A DNA stretch of 64,000 nt, from contig JAHHSG010000003.1 of NCBI GenBank assembly GCA_020025305.1, positions 45,367 to 109,366 on the forward strand, in the 5' to 3' direction. Of this stretch, positions 21,570 to 31,742 are shown in pieces; within the stretch, counting starts at the first letter, position 1, and each line of letters begins with the position of its first letter. The stretch is from Oscillospiraceae bacterium (GTDB taxonomy: Bacteria; Bacillota; Clostridia; Oscillospirales; Oscillospiraceae). The notes below the pieces were generated by a model. The model was not told the DNA's origin. It did no database searches and was given only the letters and a program-made list of their open reading frames with translations. The position numbers were made by a program, and so were the translations under genes.

Positions 21570-21598
21570 AAAAAAGGGCGGCACAGCCGCCCTCTTTT
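21570..21598 (-). terminator. proS terminator
   Basis: agggcggc/gccgccct stem with T-run on the minus strand. Confidence 0.7.
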
Positions 21599-21609
21599 CA
21601 AAGATTAAA

Positions 21610-23049
21610 TTAGTATGCCACGCCCCAGTAAATATCCGTAGTGCACTCCTTACCGCACACAGGGCACTTCCCCACAGTGCCGGACTGCTTGAGAGGCATA
21701 CAGCGGGAGGAGACACCGGCCTTCTCTTTCATGGCCAGCTCGCACTCCAGACTGCCGCACCACTTGGTGCGGGCAAAGCCGCCGCGGCCATCCACCAGTG
21801 CTTTCACCTCTTCCCAGGAGGTCATATCGAAGGTATTCTCCTCCAGGTTCTGGGCAGCCATATGGTAGAGATTATCGTGAACCTCCTGCAGGAGCGTTTG
21901 GATACTGTCTTCCAGACCCTCCAGCGCCACAAAGGTCTTTTCTCCGGTATCACGGCGTGCCACGCAGCACTGACTCTTCTCCATATCCCGAGGGCCGATC
22001 TCCACACGCAGGGGAACGCCCTTCATCTCGTACTGGGCAAACTTCCAGCCGGCAGACTGATCGCTGTCATCCAGCTTGACACGCACCCCTGCTGCACTGA
22101 GCCGTGTGCGCAGTGCCTCTGCCGCTTCCAAAACACCGGGCTTGTGCTGTGCCACAGGCACCACCACTACCTGAATAGGGGCAATGGCGGGCGGCAATAC
22201 CAAACCGTTGTTGTCACTGTGCGTCATAATCACCGCACCGATCAGACGGGTGGTGACACCCCAAGAGGTCTGGAAGGGGTACTGCAGCTTGTTATCCCGT
22301 CCGGTGAAGGTCACATCGTAAGCACGGCTGAACTTGTCGCCAAAATAGTGGCTGGTGCCGGACTGCAGCGCTTTATGATCCTTCATCATGCATTCAATGG
22401 TGTACGTAGCATCCGCACCGGCGAACTTCTCCTTGTCGGTCTTGCGGCCCTTCACCACCGGCATAGCCAGCGAGTCACGGCAGAAATCGGCATAGGTGTT
22501 GAGGATCAGCTTTGTCTCACTCTGTGCCTCCTCTGCTGTCTCGTGGATCGTATGCCCCTCCTGCCACCAGAATTCACGGCTGCGCAGGAAAGGACGCGTG
22601 GTTTTTTCCCAGCGAATCACGGAGCACCACTGGTTGTAGAGCATAGGCAGTTCACGCCAGGAGTGAAGAATACGGGACCAGTGATCACAGAACATCGTTT
22701 CAGAGGTGGGACGGAACGCCAGACGCTCCTCCAGCTTCTCGCTGCCGCCGTGGGTCACCCAAGCAACCTCCGGAGCAAAGCCCTGCACCAGTTCCCCCTC
22801 CTTCTTGAGAAGGCTCTCAGGGATCAGCACAGGCATCGCCACATTTTCGTGGCCGGTAGCCTTAAACATACCGTCCAGAATGCTCTTGATATTTTCCCAG
22901 ATGGCACAGCCATAAGGGCGCAGGATCATAAAGCCCTTCACACTGGCATAGTCCACCAGTTCCGCTTTCAGGCAGATATCCGTATACCACTTAGCAAAAT
23001 CTTCCTCCATAGGAGTGATTGCCTCAACATTTCTTTGATCTTTGGCCAT
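21610..23049 (-). CDS. proS: Prolyl-tRNA synthetase, archaeal/eukaryal type (no INS editing domain)
   Basis: 479 aa; RPTSET, FLRSREFWWQEGHT, SWGVTTRLIG, C-terminal Zn site and terminal Tyr. Confidence 0.96.
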   Translation of the reverse strand: MAKDQRNVEAITPMEEDFAKWYTDICLKAELVDYASVKGFMILRPYGCAIWENIKSILDGMFKATGHENVAMPVLIPESLLKKEGELVQGFAPEVAWVTHGGSEKLEERLAFRPTSETMFCDHWSRILHSWRELPMLYNQWCSVIRWEKTTRPFLRSREFWWQEGHTIHETAEEAQSETKLILNTYADFCRDSLAMPVVKGRKTDKEKFAGADATYTIECMMKDHKALQSGTSHYFGDKFSRAYDVTFTGRDNKLQYPFQTSWGVTTRLIGAVIMTHSDNNGLVLPPAIAPIQVVVVPVAQHKPGVLEAAEALRTRLSAAGVRVKLDDSDQSAGWKFAQYEMKGVPLRVEIGPRDMEKSQCCVARRDTGEKTFVALEGLEDSIQTLLQEVHDNLYHMAAQNLEENTFDMTSWEEVKALVDGRGGFARTKWCGSLECELAMKEKAGVSSRCMPLKQSGTVGKCPVCGKECTTDIYWGVAY

Positions 23050-23115
23050 AATCGTCTTTCATTCCTTTATATGATGGTTTTTCCGCTTTTTTAGCGGTTT
23101 TCTTCTCGAATTTTT

Positions 23116-23144
23116 ATTTTATCGTCTCACGCCCCGATTGTCAA
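23116..23144 (-). promoter_or_regulatory. sigmaA promoter of proS
   Basis: TTGACA-17-TAAAAT. Confidence 0.75.
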
Positions 23145-23156
23145 GGTCTGTCCCAC

Positions 23157-24158
23157 TCACGATTCGCCGCAGTAGAGAATATCGTGCGCCACCGGTCGGT
23201 AAAAGAGCTCCCGAGCCGTTTCGAAGTCGTGAGTCTGCCCCATGATCCACATCAGCTTGGCTACCGCCGCCTCTGTGGTCATGTCGTAGGCCTCCAGCAG
23301 CCGCAGCGTACTTTTAAGGTGACCACCCACATGGTAGACAGTGAGATCGCTGCCCTCATTGGGCACCTGTGTGGTCATGACAACAATCTTCCCCTTCTCT
23401 ACAGCGGAGCGGATAATATCATAAAAGCCGCCACACTCATATTCCGGCAGGCCGCCCACACCGAAGCTCTCGATGATCAATCCGTCATAGTGCTCGGCCA
23501 TAAACGCCACCAGCTCCGGCCGTGTGCCGGGGATCAGCTTCAAAAGCCCTACATTGGTATCCAGATGATCGTAAAAGGTTGGCTGTTCATGGCAGTCGCA
23601 GCGGATATACTGCAGCAGATGTTCATCCTGCAGCACCGCCAGATCCGGGTAATTGACGCTGGAAAAAGCCTGAAAGCTCTTGGAGCAGGTCTTGCGTGCA
23701 CGGGTACCTAAAATCACCTTGCCGTTAAAGACGATCTGTACCCCGCCGCAGCCGCGACAGGCATAGAGAAAAGCATCCGTCAAGTTGCGTTTGGAGTCGG
23801 TACTGTCAAACCAAATAGGCTTTTGCGCACCGGTCAGCACAATGGGCTTGGGGCTATCCTGCACCAGATAGCTCAGGGCCGCCGCGGTATAGGCCATAGT
23901 GTCTGTACCGTGGCTTACGACGAAGCCGTCATATTCCCCGTAATGCTCTTGAATGCATTGCGCCACGCCAAGCCAGTGCTTCGGATGGATATTGGTGCTG
24001 TCGAGGCTATAGAGTGTCAGGCACTCCACCTGACAGATTTCCGCAATGCGGGGGATAAAGCTCAAAAGCTGCTGTGGATTCAATTCCGGCGTCAGTCCCT
24101 CCGGCGTCATCTCCGAAGCGATGGTACCTCCGGTGCCAATCATCAGAATTTTCTTCAT
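23157..24158 (-). CDS. ansA: L-asparaginase type I (cytoplasmic)
   Basis: GTGGTIAS, HGTDTMAY, TGAQ motifs; no signal peptide. Confidence 0.92.
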   Translation of the reverse strand: MKKILMIGTGGTIASEMTPEGLTPELNPQQLLSFIPRIAEICQVECLTLYSLDSTNIHPKHWLGVAQCIQEHYGEYDGFVVSHGTDTMAYTAAALSYLVQDSPKPIVLTGAQKPIWFDSTDSKRNLTDAFLYACRGCGGVQIVFNGKVILGTRARKTCSKSFQAFSSVNYPDLAVLQDEHLLQYIRCDCHEQPTFYDHLDTNVGLLKLIPGTRPELVAFMAEHYDGLIIESFGVGGLPEYECGGFYDIIRSAVEKGKIVVMTTQVPNEGSDLTVYHVGGHLKSTLRLLEAYDMTTEAAVAKLMWIMGQTHDFETARELFYRPVAHDILYCGES

Positions 24159-24180
24159 AGGCGTGTCCTCCTTGTGTCAA

Positions 24181-25254
24181 TCACATATCCCGGTTGTCCA
24201 TGGCAGCAAGGCCAAAGCGCGCCGCCTGTTCAATGGCTGCCTTCTCCCGCTCGTCTGCCTGCTCATATTGCGCCCGGAGATCCGCCAAAAATAAACCACG
24301 CAAAGAATCCTCTCCGCAGTGGAGCCACAGTTCTTCCTCTTCTCTCAGTTGCGAGCGAACCTCCAGCTGCCACGCAAAAGGCTCCAACTCCCGCTTGATG
24401 GCAGCCTCGTCTACCACACCGATGCCGGTGAGATAGATACGGCAAATATCCTGAGCGCACCCCTGCAAGGCCTCTTTTGCAGCAGTCAGCGGGTCACGGC
24501 CCGTTATATCCACGGTAATTTTCCGATAGCGGCGGCGTGCAAAGGGAACAAACTGCAGCTGCACCGCTCCCTTATCCACCGCGCCAAACAAAAATCCCTT
24601 ATCGCCTAACTCGTCAAAGCCACGGCCTTCCGGACAGCCCGGGTAAGCATAGGCGGTTTTTCCCGCATATTGCACACCACTATACTGGTGAATATGTCCC
24701 AACGCAGCGTAATCAAGACCGCTCTGTGCCAGCACAGATGTCCGGATCGGTCGATAGAGGCTGCAGGGGGCATCCATATCACCATGGAGTACCAGGATCT
24801 GTACCGTGTCACCGGCTGCAAAATTTGGTTCCATGGGAAGTTCGCTGCAAGTCGCATCAGTAAATGCTGCTCCCCAAACGGTACAGCCGTACTGGGGCAG
24901 TTCCAATTTTTCCAGCTGGTTTTTTTGAAAGATGTGTACATTCTCAGGCCATAGAGCAGCACAGTAAGGACTGCGGGAGTGGTATGGGTCGTGGTTACCC
25001 GGCGCAATCACCACTTGCCCGTGAAACTGTTCCAGCCCACGAGCCAACGTCTCCGCCGTCTGACTGTAGAGTTCCTGCCCATCGAAGAGATCGCCGCTCA
25101 GAAGGAGCAGTTCGGCGCCGTGATCGTTGGCGTACTCCACCAAACGCTCCGGCAGTTCCCGACTCTCCTGCCGTCGAAGCCGCGCCTTCTCCGCCCCCAG
25201 CGCCCCGAATGGACTATCCAGATGAAGATCCGCTGCATGCAGAATTTTAACCAT
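24181..25254 (-). CDS. SbcD/Mre11/YhaO-like metallophosphoesterase nuclease
   Basis: ADLHLD, GDLFD, GNHD, ALGHIH, YPGCPEGRGFDE. Confidence 0.88.
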   Translation of the reverse strand: MVKILHAADLHLDSPFGALGAEKARLRRQESRELPERLVEYANDHGAELLLLSGDLFDGQELYSQTAETLARGLEQFHGQVVIAPGNHDPYHSRSPYCAALWPENVHIFQKNQLEKLELPQYGCTVWGAAFTDATCSELPMEPNFAAGDTVQILVLHGDMDAPCSLYRPIRTSVLAQSGLDYAALGHIHQYSGVQYAGKTAYAYPGCPEGRGFDELGDKGFLFGAVDKGAVQLQFVPFARRRYRKITVDITGRDPLTAAKEALQGCAQDICRIYLTGIGVVDEAAIKRELEPFAWQLEVRSQLREEEELWLHCGEDSLRGLFLADLRAQYEQADEREKAAIEQAARFGLAAMDNRDM

Positions 25255-25738
25255 TGTCTTCCTCCTGCCAGCCCTTGCAAACATCCACCCATTCTACGAA
25301 GTTGTCCCCGCAGCATCTCTCCAGCTCCTCGCAGCTCAGTGCAATGGCAGAAGCCGGACTGCCCACAGCCGGATAAACCGTGGAGAAGCGGCGCAAAGAC
25401 ACGTCTAAATAAGTTCTGACATCCGCAGGCAAAGCAAAGGGACACACACCGCCCACAGCATGTCCAATACGTTCCACCACCTCATCCGGCGACAGCATTT
25501 TAGCCTTAGCGTGAAAATAGTGCTTATACTTGCTGTTGTCAATCTTGGCATCCCCGGCAGCTACCACTAAAATAGGTCCCTCTCCTACTTTAAAACTGAG
25601 GGTTTTGGCGATCCGTGCGCCTTCCACCCCCACAGCCACCGCCGCCAGTTCCACCGTGGCACTGGAGACTTCAAATTCCCGCATTCGGTCGGCAACGCCA
25701 TAGGCCGTCAGATACTCTCTCACTTTCGCAACAGACAT
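25247..25738 (-). CDS. YbaK/EbsC family aminoacyl-tRNA deacylase-like protein
   Basis: IAKTL, GGVCPF. Confidence 0.9.
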   Translation of the reverse strand: MSVAKVREYLTAYGVADRMREFEVSSATVELAAVAVGVEGARIAKTLSFKVGEGPILVVAAGDAKIDNSKYKHYFHAKAKMLSPDEVVERIGHAVGGVCPFALPADVRTYLDVSLRRFSTVYPAVGSPASAIALSCEELERCCGDNFVEWVDVCKGWQEEDNG

Positions 25739-25795
25739 GATCCCTTCTCCTTTTATGAGATAGAGGGGACGGTCTGTCCCCTCTGTCTTCTTTTT

Positions 25796-26575
25796 TCATC
25801 GGACATCCACCCGCTCTACCGCTGTGCAAAAGCCGGTATCGCTGTCCAGCGTAAAGATAGCTCCCTCCATTTTGCATCCCCCGCCGGCGCTGCGGAATCG
25901 TCCGGGCAAACCACCCAGGAAAAATTCCACTGACTGCTCCGGCCGGATTCCCAAAATAGAGCGGGCCGGACCTGTCATCCCCAGATCCGTGATGTAGCCG
26001 GTGCCATTTTCCATAATCTGAGCGTCAGCAGTGGGCACATGGGTATGGGTGCCCCACACCGCACTGACTCGCCCATCCAAATAGTATCCCATAGCCAGTT
26101 TTTCACTGGTGGCCTGGGCGTGAAAGTCCACCAGCGTGAAATCGGGTTTCTCCGCCGCTCCTTTTAAAATGCGGTCGACCGTGGTAAAGGGATTCTCCGC
26201 CTTCCAATCCAGATCACATCGGCCAATGAGGTTGATCACGGCGATGCGGATATGGCCGCACTCATAAATACCCCACCCCCGGCCGGGAACGCGAGGCGCG
26301 TAGTTGGCGGGCCGCAGGATGTAGCGGTTCTCCTCCAGATAGTCGGCAATCTGCATTTTCCCCCACGTGTGGTTGCCCAGTGTGATCACATCCACCCCTG
26401 CGGTAAAGAGATCCTCCGCCTGATCCGGTGTTAGCCCATTGCCGGCCATATTCTCCCCGTTAGCAACAACGAAAGCAATCTCCTGCATTTTTTTGAAGCT
26501 GCGCAGATGGCGGCTCACATGGCGGAGTCCCTCTTCTCCTGTCACATCGCCCAGCGCCAGAATCCGATAGAGCAT
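25796..26575 (-). CDS. ymdB: YmdB-family metallophosphoesterase
   Basis: ANGEN, TLGNH, DFHAQATSEK, GTHTHVPTAD, TDLGMTG. Confidence 0.93.
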   Translation of the reverse strand: MLYRILALGDVTGEEGLRHVSRHLRSFKKMQEIAFVVANGENMAGNGLTPDQAEDLFTAGVDVITLGNHTWGKMQIADYLEENRYILRPANYAPRVPGRGWGIYECGHIRIAVINLIGRCDLDWKAENPFTTVDRILKGAAEKPDFTLVDFHAQATSEKLAMGYYLDGRVSAVWGTHTHVPTADAQIMENGTGYITDLGMTGPARSILGIRPEQSVEFFLGGLPGRFRSAGGGCKMEGAIFTLDSDTGFCTAVERVDVR

Positions 26576-27020
26576 AATGTGCTCCCCTCTTCCTAATCAT
26601 CAGTTACGGTATCCCTGTTCAAAAAAGCAGAACAAACACCGCTATTTTGGTATTGTACCATGAATTTCCCATAGGTGCAACGCTCCGGCCTCAGCTTATG
26701 CCCTTTCCTTTTGCCCTTCACAATGGACACAGCTATTTTTCCCACTTTTTCCACAAATGCAAAACAGGGTTACTTGCAAAGACGCTCTCCCCCCTCCATG
26801 CCTGCCCTGTGTTTCCTTCTCCTGTAAATCTGCCCCTCTACCATAAAAAGTATCCACCCCAAGGCGGACTCCCATAGGGACACAAAGTGAATGAAAGGTG
26901 CGTTTGGCACAGAAGGCCGCTATAGAAATGACCTCTGCTGAAAAATGACGTATTTGCACTTCTTTTTCTTGCCTCTCCTGTCGCTCTACTTATAAAACCA
27001 TCCATTCTCTTGACAGGCGG

Positions 27021-27049
27021 TTGCAAAAGCACTTTCAAAAAATTATAAT
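27021..27049 (+). promoter_or_regulatory. sigmaA promoter of the XRE-membrane gene
   Basis: TTGCAA-17-TATAAT. Confidence 0.7.
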
Positions 27050-27069
27050 GCAGGCAGGAGGCGAAAAGA

Positions 27070-27822
27070 ATGTACGAACTTGATAAAGCAAAATTCGGAG
27101 CGTTTGTGGCCCAGCTCCGTAAGGAAATGGGATATACACAGAAGGAGCTGGCAAAACAACTTCTGATTTCCGATAAAGCTGTCAGCAAATGGGAAACGGG
27201 AACAACCATTCCCGATACGGCTTTGCTGATCCCCCTTGCTGATGTTCTTGGTGTTACGGTAACAGAGCTGCTCACCGGCGAGCGCATAGAGAAGCAGGCA
27301 ATGCCGCCCGAGAAGGTGGAGAATATCGTAAAAACAGTCATTACCTATACCGAGACCGCACCAGAACGAGCATGGCAGAAAAAAAGCGTTTGGGGGGCTG
27401 CGTTTATCCTTGCCTGTTTGGCAGATATGGCATTTCTGTTTCTTCTGTGGCAGCGAGGTCATCTGACGGAAGCTATTGTGACCAACGCAGCCCTCACGAC
27501 ACTATTCGGGGCCTATTTCTGCTTCTTTGTAACGATGAAGCTGCCGGCTTATTACGATCAAAACCAAATTTCCGGCATCCATGACGGTATTGTCCGCATG
27601 AATATTCCCGGTCTGCGTTTCAATAACAGCAACTGGCCCCATATCATCAAAACCGGTCGATTGGTGATGATGGTAAATATGCTCACCTTCCCGCTTTTGT
27701 CTATCGTTTTAGGACAGCTTATCCCGGAACTGTGGTTTGCTTCCGAGAAGATGGTTCTGCTGGTGATGATGCTGGGAGGGCTGTTGGTTCCTATGTACAT
27801 CGTCGGAAAGAAATACGAATAA
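27070..27822 (+). CDS. XRE-family HTH regulator fused to four TM helices
   Basis: TQKELAKQLLISDKAVSKWETG; hydrophobic C-terminal segments; AGGAGG RBS. Confidence 0.88.
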   Translation: MYELDKAKFGAFVAQLRKEMGYTQKELAKQLLISDKAVSKWETGTTIPDTALLIPLADVLGVTVTELLTGERIEKQAMPPEKVENIVKTVITYTETAPERAWQKKSVWGAAFILACLADMAFLFLLWQRGHLTEAIVTNAALTTLFGAYFCFFVTMKLPAYYDQNQISGIHDGIVRMNIPGLRFNNSNWPHIIKTGRLVMMVNMLTFPLLSIVLGQLIPELWFASEKMVLLVMMLGGLLVPMYIVGKKYE

Positions 27823-27978
27823 AAGAAGCTGCTCATCGTTTTTTGATTCGTTGGGCAGCTTCACTTTTTGCGGAGTTTTTTCGTTGGAGAGAGGCAGGCA
27901 GCGTACCCGCCTTTCTTTGTCAGCCTTGGTGCAATAGCAATATGGGGCACAAGCCCGACCCACTTTGTCAGAGAACAG

Positions 27979-28008
27979 AAAAAAGAGGCCGTGCCTCGGC
28001 ACGACCTC
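27979..28008 (-). terminator. rny terminator
   Basis: GAGGUCGUGCC/GGCACGGCCUC stem followed by U6 on the minus strand. Confidence 0.7.
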
Positions 28009-28079
28009 ATAACATCAATGTTTCATGAGAGGGGGAAATCTGTCCCTATGGAACCTCTTAGAAAGACGGATGCTTTTAC

Positions 28080-29630
28080 TTATTTTGCGTATTCCACAAC
28101 CTTGGTTTCACGCAGAACGTGCACCTTGATCTGTCCGGGATACTCTAACTCACTCTCAATACGCTTGGCAAGGTCACGGGCCAAAATGACCATCTGATCC
28201 TCGCTGACCTGCTCCGGCTTGACCATCACGCGAACCTCACGGCCGGCCTGAATGGCGTAGCTCTTTTCAACGCCGGGATACTCGCTGGTAATCTCCTCCA
28301 GTTTCTGAAGACGCTTGATGTAGTTCTCCAGATTCTCACGGCGGGCACCGGGGCGAGCCGCAGAAATGGCGTCAGCAGCCTGCACCAAACATGCCACAAT
28401 AGTCTTGCACTCCACATCGCCGTGGTGCGCCTGAATGGCATGGATGATGTCCTCCTTCTCCTTGTATTTCCGGGCAAACTCCACGCCCAGAGCCACATGG
28501 GTGCCTTCCATCTCATGGTCAATGGCCTTACCGATATCGTGCAGCAGGCCTGCACGTTTAGCGGCGTTAACATCCACACCCAACTCCGCAGCCATAAGCC
28601 CGGCAATATGGGACACTTCGATGGAGTGCTGCAGCACGTTCTGCCCATAGCTGGTGCGATAGTGCAAACGTCCCAACAGCTTCTGCAGTTCCGGATGCAG
28701 GGCTCGAACCCCCGTCTCCAGAACGGCACGCTCCCCTTCGGAGCGTATGACAGCATCTACCTCACGGCGTGCCTTCTCCACCATCTCCTCAATGTGGGTG
28801 GGATGAATGCGGCCGTCGGCGATCAGCTTCTCCAGCGCCAAACGGGCTACCTCCCGGCGCACCGGCTCAAAGCAGGAGACCGTAATGGCCTCCGGTGTAT
28901 CATCAATAATGAGATCGGCGCCGGTCAGCGTCTCCAGGGTGCGGATGTTGCGGCCCTCACGGCCGATAATCCGACCCTTCATTTCGTCATTGGGCAGGGG
29001 TACCACACTGACGGTAATTTCAGCCACATGGTCAGCGGCACAACGCTGAATGGCCGTTGCCACAATCTCGCGGGCGCGCTGCTCGGCCTCATCCTTGGCA
29101 CGAGCCTCGATTTCCTTGATCTTGACGGCAGTCTCATGCGTCACCTCGGACTCCACCTGACTGATGAGGTACTCCTTGGCCTGCTCCGCCGTAAAACCGG
29201 AGATGCGCTCAAGCATCTCCGTCTGGCTGCGCTTGATGACCCGGATCTCCTCCTGTTCACGGTCAGCGGCTGCATGCTTCGCTGCCAGTGCCTCTTCCTT
29301 CTTCTCAATCAGATCTGTCTTATGGTCAATATTTTCTTCCTTCTGCTGCAGCCGACGCTCCTGCTTTTGCAGGTCAGCCCGGCGCCCCTTTTCTTCCTTC
29401 TCGTATTCACTTCGAGCCTTCAGAACTTCTTCTTTTGCCTCAAGTAGTGCTTCGCGCTTCTTATTCTCAGAACTTTTGATTGCCTCATTGATAATCCGCG
29501 TGGCTTCTTCTTCCGCGCTGGAAATCTCCTTTTCCGCAACACGCTTACGGTAGTGAATGCCGATAGGGAACCAAACGGCGCAGGATACGACGGCCACAAT
29601 GACTGCTACAACGTAGCCCAAAGTGTCCAT
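28080..29630 (-). CDS. rny: Ribonuclease Y
   Basis: N-terminal TM, coiled coil, KH motif [15 protein letters not shown] motif LLHDIGK; start set after AGGAGG. Confidence 0.97.
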   Translation of the reverse strand: MDTLGYVVAVIVAVVSCAVWFPIGIHYRKRVAEKEISSAEEEATRIINEAIKSSENKKREALLEAKEEVLKARSEYEKEEKGRRADLQKQERRLQQKEENIDHKTDLIEKKEEALAAKHAAADREQEEIRVIKRSQTEMLERISGFTAEQAKEYLISQVESEVTHETAVKIKEIEARAKDEAEQRAREIVATAIQRCAADHVAEITVSVVPLPNDEMKGRIIGREGRNIRTLETLTGADLIIDDTPEAITVSCFEPVRREVARLALEKLIADGRIHPTHIEEMVEKARREVDAVIRSEGERAVLETGVRALHPELQKLLGRLHYRTSYGQNVLQHSIEVSHIAGLMAAELGVDVNAAKRAGLLHDIGKAIDHEMEGTHVALGVEFARKYKEKEDIIHAIQAHHGDVECKTIVACLVQAADAISAARPGARRENLENYIKRLQKLEEITSEYPGVEKSYAIQAGREVRVMVKPEQVSEDQMVILARDLAKRIESELEYPGQIKVHVLRETKVVEYAK

Positions 29631-29746
29631 AATGGTTCCTCCTGTAGATGTTTGTGTATGGAAAAAAGAACTGTCTTTCCTGACAATTCCTTTGTGTAGA
29701 TAATAATTGAAAGATTCCCCTAATCTTTCAATGATAATCCTTTTTA

Positions 29747-29775
29747 ATTTTATACGCATTGCCTACGGCTGTCAA
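29747..29775 (-). promoter_or_regulatory. sigmaA promoter of rny
   Basis: TTGACA-17-TAAAAT. Confidence 0.75.
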
Positions 29776-29840
29776 GTCCAAATCACAGTCCGCAGAAGAA
29801 TTCGCCTGTCATCTTTCCTATTTCCCGAAAAAAACCGAGA

Positions 29841-29868
29841 AAAACGTCAGGCCGAAGCCTGACGTTTT
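29841..29868 (-). terminator. Terminator hairpin
   Basis: aaaacgtcaggc/gcctgacgtttt with UUCG loop on the minus strand. Confidence 0.8.
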
Positions 29869-29871
29869 GTC

Positions 29872-31605
29872 TTATTTCTTCATGGCATCCGGTGCTGTCT
29901 CCGGCGTGACGCTGTAGGCTTTAAGAATACTGCCCTCTCCCTTGGGGAACTTTACCTTCACATAGTCGCCGGTATTCAAAATCACCACATCCTGATTTTC
30001 CGCCGCAGAGATGGCGTAGTACACCTCACCGCCTTCCAATCGCAGGTAATACCAGGTATTTCCTTCCATCACCGCACTGCGGATCTCCGTAATTGTGCCC
30101 TCTGCCTCCTCCTGATCGGAGACAACCACGTCTGTATCCTCCGGAGAAATGAGTCCTTTCTCTGCCAGCATGGAACGATAGCTGGCCTCACACTCAGCCA
30201 CCGTGGTGCCGGTCGCCACGATCTGATACTGGCTCACGTTGACCATGGCGTACATCTTCACCAATCCCGCCGCATCCTTCATGGCCATAAAGTAGGTGGG
30301 CTGCTCGGAAATATTCAGCAGCAGCGGGAAGGTGGCGGTATATTTCATCTGCTGTACCTGTCCCTCTGCCGAAGCCATGGCGGAATACTCCTCCGCACCG
30401 GCTACCTGATAGAAGCTTGTTTCCTTAGTGCGCTGGTTAGAAAGGATGAAGCCTACATTGGACTGGTCACTGACCACAGAGGTGACGCCGGTATACATAT
30501 AGACATCATCCCCGATGGCGATATAGTTGTAGCCGCGAGTGGTCATAGTCATGCCGCGCTGACCAAACACGGAGTTAATAAAACCATTAATATACTTACC
30601 GTGGTAGTCATACTGGCGCATAATCAGATCCGCCGTGTAGACATGGTCCACCCATTTGGGCACATCCGCCACATCGTAGTACTGGCTCTCACCGGTAACG
30701 GCGTTCACCAGCACAGCCCCAATGATATCCGTACCGCCGAACAGGCCGATGGTCTTGCTGATCCGGGGGCAGACCCAGTAGGGCTGTCCCTGCTCATCAA
30801 TTTCAAAAGCGGGCTTATCAAACATATAGGTGGGATAGTTGAAACGCAGATGGCGATAGAGGTTGCGGCTGAAATGCTCCGCAGTGGTATACCGAATCCC
30901 CTCGTTCAAACGCACCACATCCACATTCTGCGTCACCATGTCGATAATCAAATAGGCAGGCAGACCTGCAGAGCGGTTATTGAACCACTTGATAATGTCG
31001 CCGTAGCGCAGCGGGGTCACACGCACAGGGCGTCCACCGTAGTTAATCTGCGTGTATTCGTCTGCCACCTCGAACTGAGAGACCATATCCGCCAGCTCAC
31101 CCAGCTTGCGGTTGCCGAGTTTTGCGGCAGAGTCGGCATCCAGCATAGGAATCTGGTCAAAGGAGATTTCCTCCACCTCAGCGGCAAAATCGCCGTCCTT
31201 GATTGTCAGCATATCCCGATAGCTGGAAGCACGGATGACTTCCCAGCTGAGGATAGCGCCCACCACAGCGGTGACAATCAGCGCGGCGGCCAGCAGTCCG
31301 GGAATTTTGCACTGCTTCTTCACAAAGCCGAAATACCCCTTGACACCGCCGCCTTGGAAACCGGAGGTGATCACGGCGCAGATGCAGTAGACAGCACACA
31401 GCAAGAGGACAAATACATAGAATTCCTCCGACTTCAAGTTGATGGGGGGCAAAACTGCATAGAAATAGATGGCGCCAAACACCAGTGTCACCAGCAGATT
31501 AATCAGTGTCCGGGTGATGGGGGAGCCGATGGGCTTGCGCACTTTCTTGGGACGGGATTCCTTTCCAAAGCCCTCAAAATCCGGGCTGTTCCAGTTAATA
31601 TTCAT
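29872..31605 (-). CDS. Membrane-anchored protein with three N-terminal TMs and a large extracellular domain, function unknown
   Basis: 577-aa ORF, GAGGAG RBS, coding-like composition. Confidence 0.8.
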   Translation of the reverse strand: MNINWNSPDFEGFGKESRPKKVRKPIGSPITRTLINLLVTLVFGAIYFYAVLPPINLKSEEFYVFVLLLCAVYCICAVITSGFQGGGVKGYFGFVKKQCKIPGLLAAALIVTAVVGAILSWEVIRASSYRDMLTIKDGDFAAEVEEISFDQIPMLDADSAAKLGNRKLGELADMVSQFEVADEYTQINYGGRPVRVTPLRYGDIIKWFNNRSAGLPAYLIIDMVTQNVDVVRLNEGIRYTTAEHFSRNLYRHLRFNYPTYMFDKPAFEIDEQGQPYWVCPRISKTIGLFGGTDIIGAVLVNAVTGESQYYDVADVPKWVDHVYTADLIMRQYDYHGKYINGFINSVFGQRGMTMTTRGYNYIAIGDDVYMYTGVTSVVSDQSNVGFILSNQRTKETSFYQVAGAEEYSAMASAEGQVQQMKYTATFPLLLNISEQPTYFMAMKDAAGLVKMYAMVNVSQYQIVATGTTVAECEASYRSMLAEKGLISPEDTDVVVSDQEEAEGTITEIRSAVMEGNTWYYLRLEGGEVYYAISAAENQDVVILNTGDYVKVKFPKGEGSILKAYSVTPETAPDAMKK

Positions 31606-31742
31606 AGAATGCTCCTCTCGCATTTATATTTGGTATTATAGTATATAGAACAGTCAGAAAAAAGAACAAATTGTAAATTTGCATACTCCCGTCCTAATTT
31701 TTCCATTCCTAACGAAAAAGAGTCATATACAGCGATTCTTTT

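Noticed and set aside
23050..23156. T-box leaders for proS or argS
   Set aside because: The proS leader is only about 60 nt, argS is operon-internal, and no T-box sequence was seen.
29631..29759. N-terminal extensions in the ORF track (rny, recO, recG, uvrC, phoH, rsmI, ferredoxin, yqfC)
   Set aside because: Downstream starts have clear RBSs and match expected family N-termini; the extensions overlap promoters, leaders or adjacent genes.
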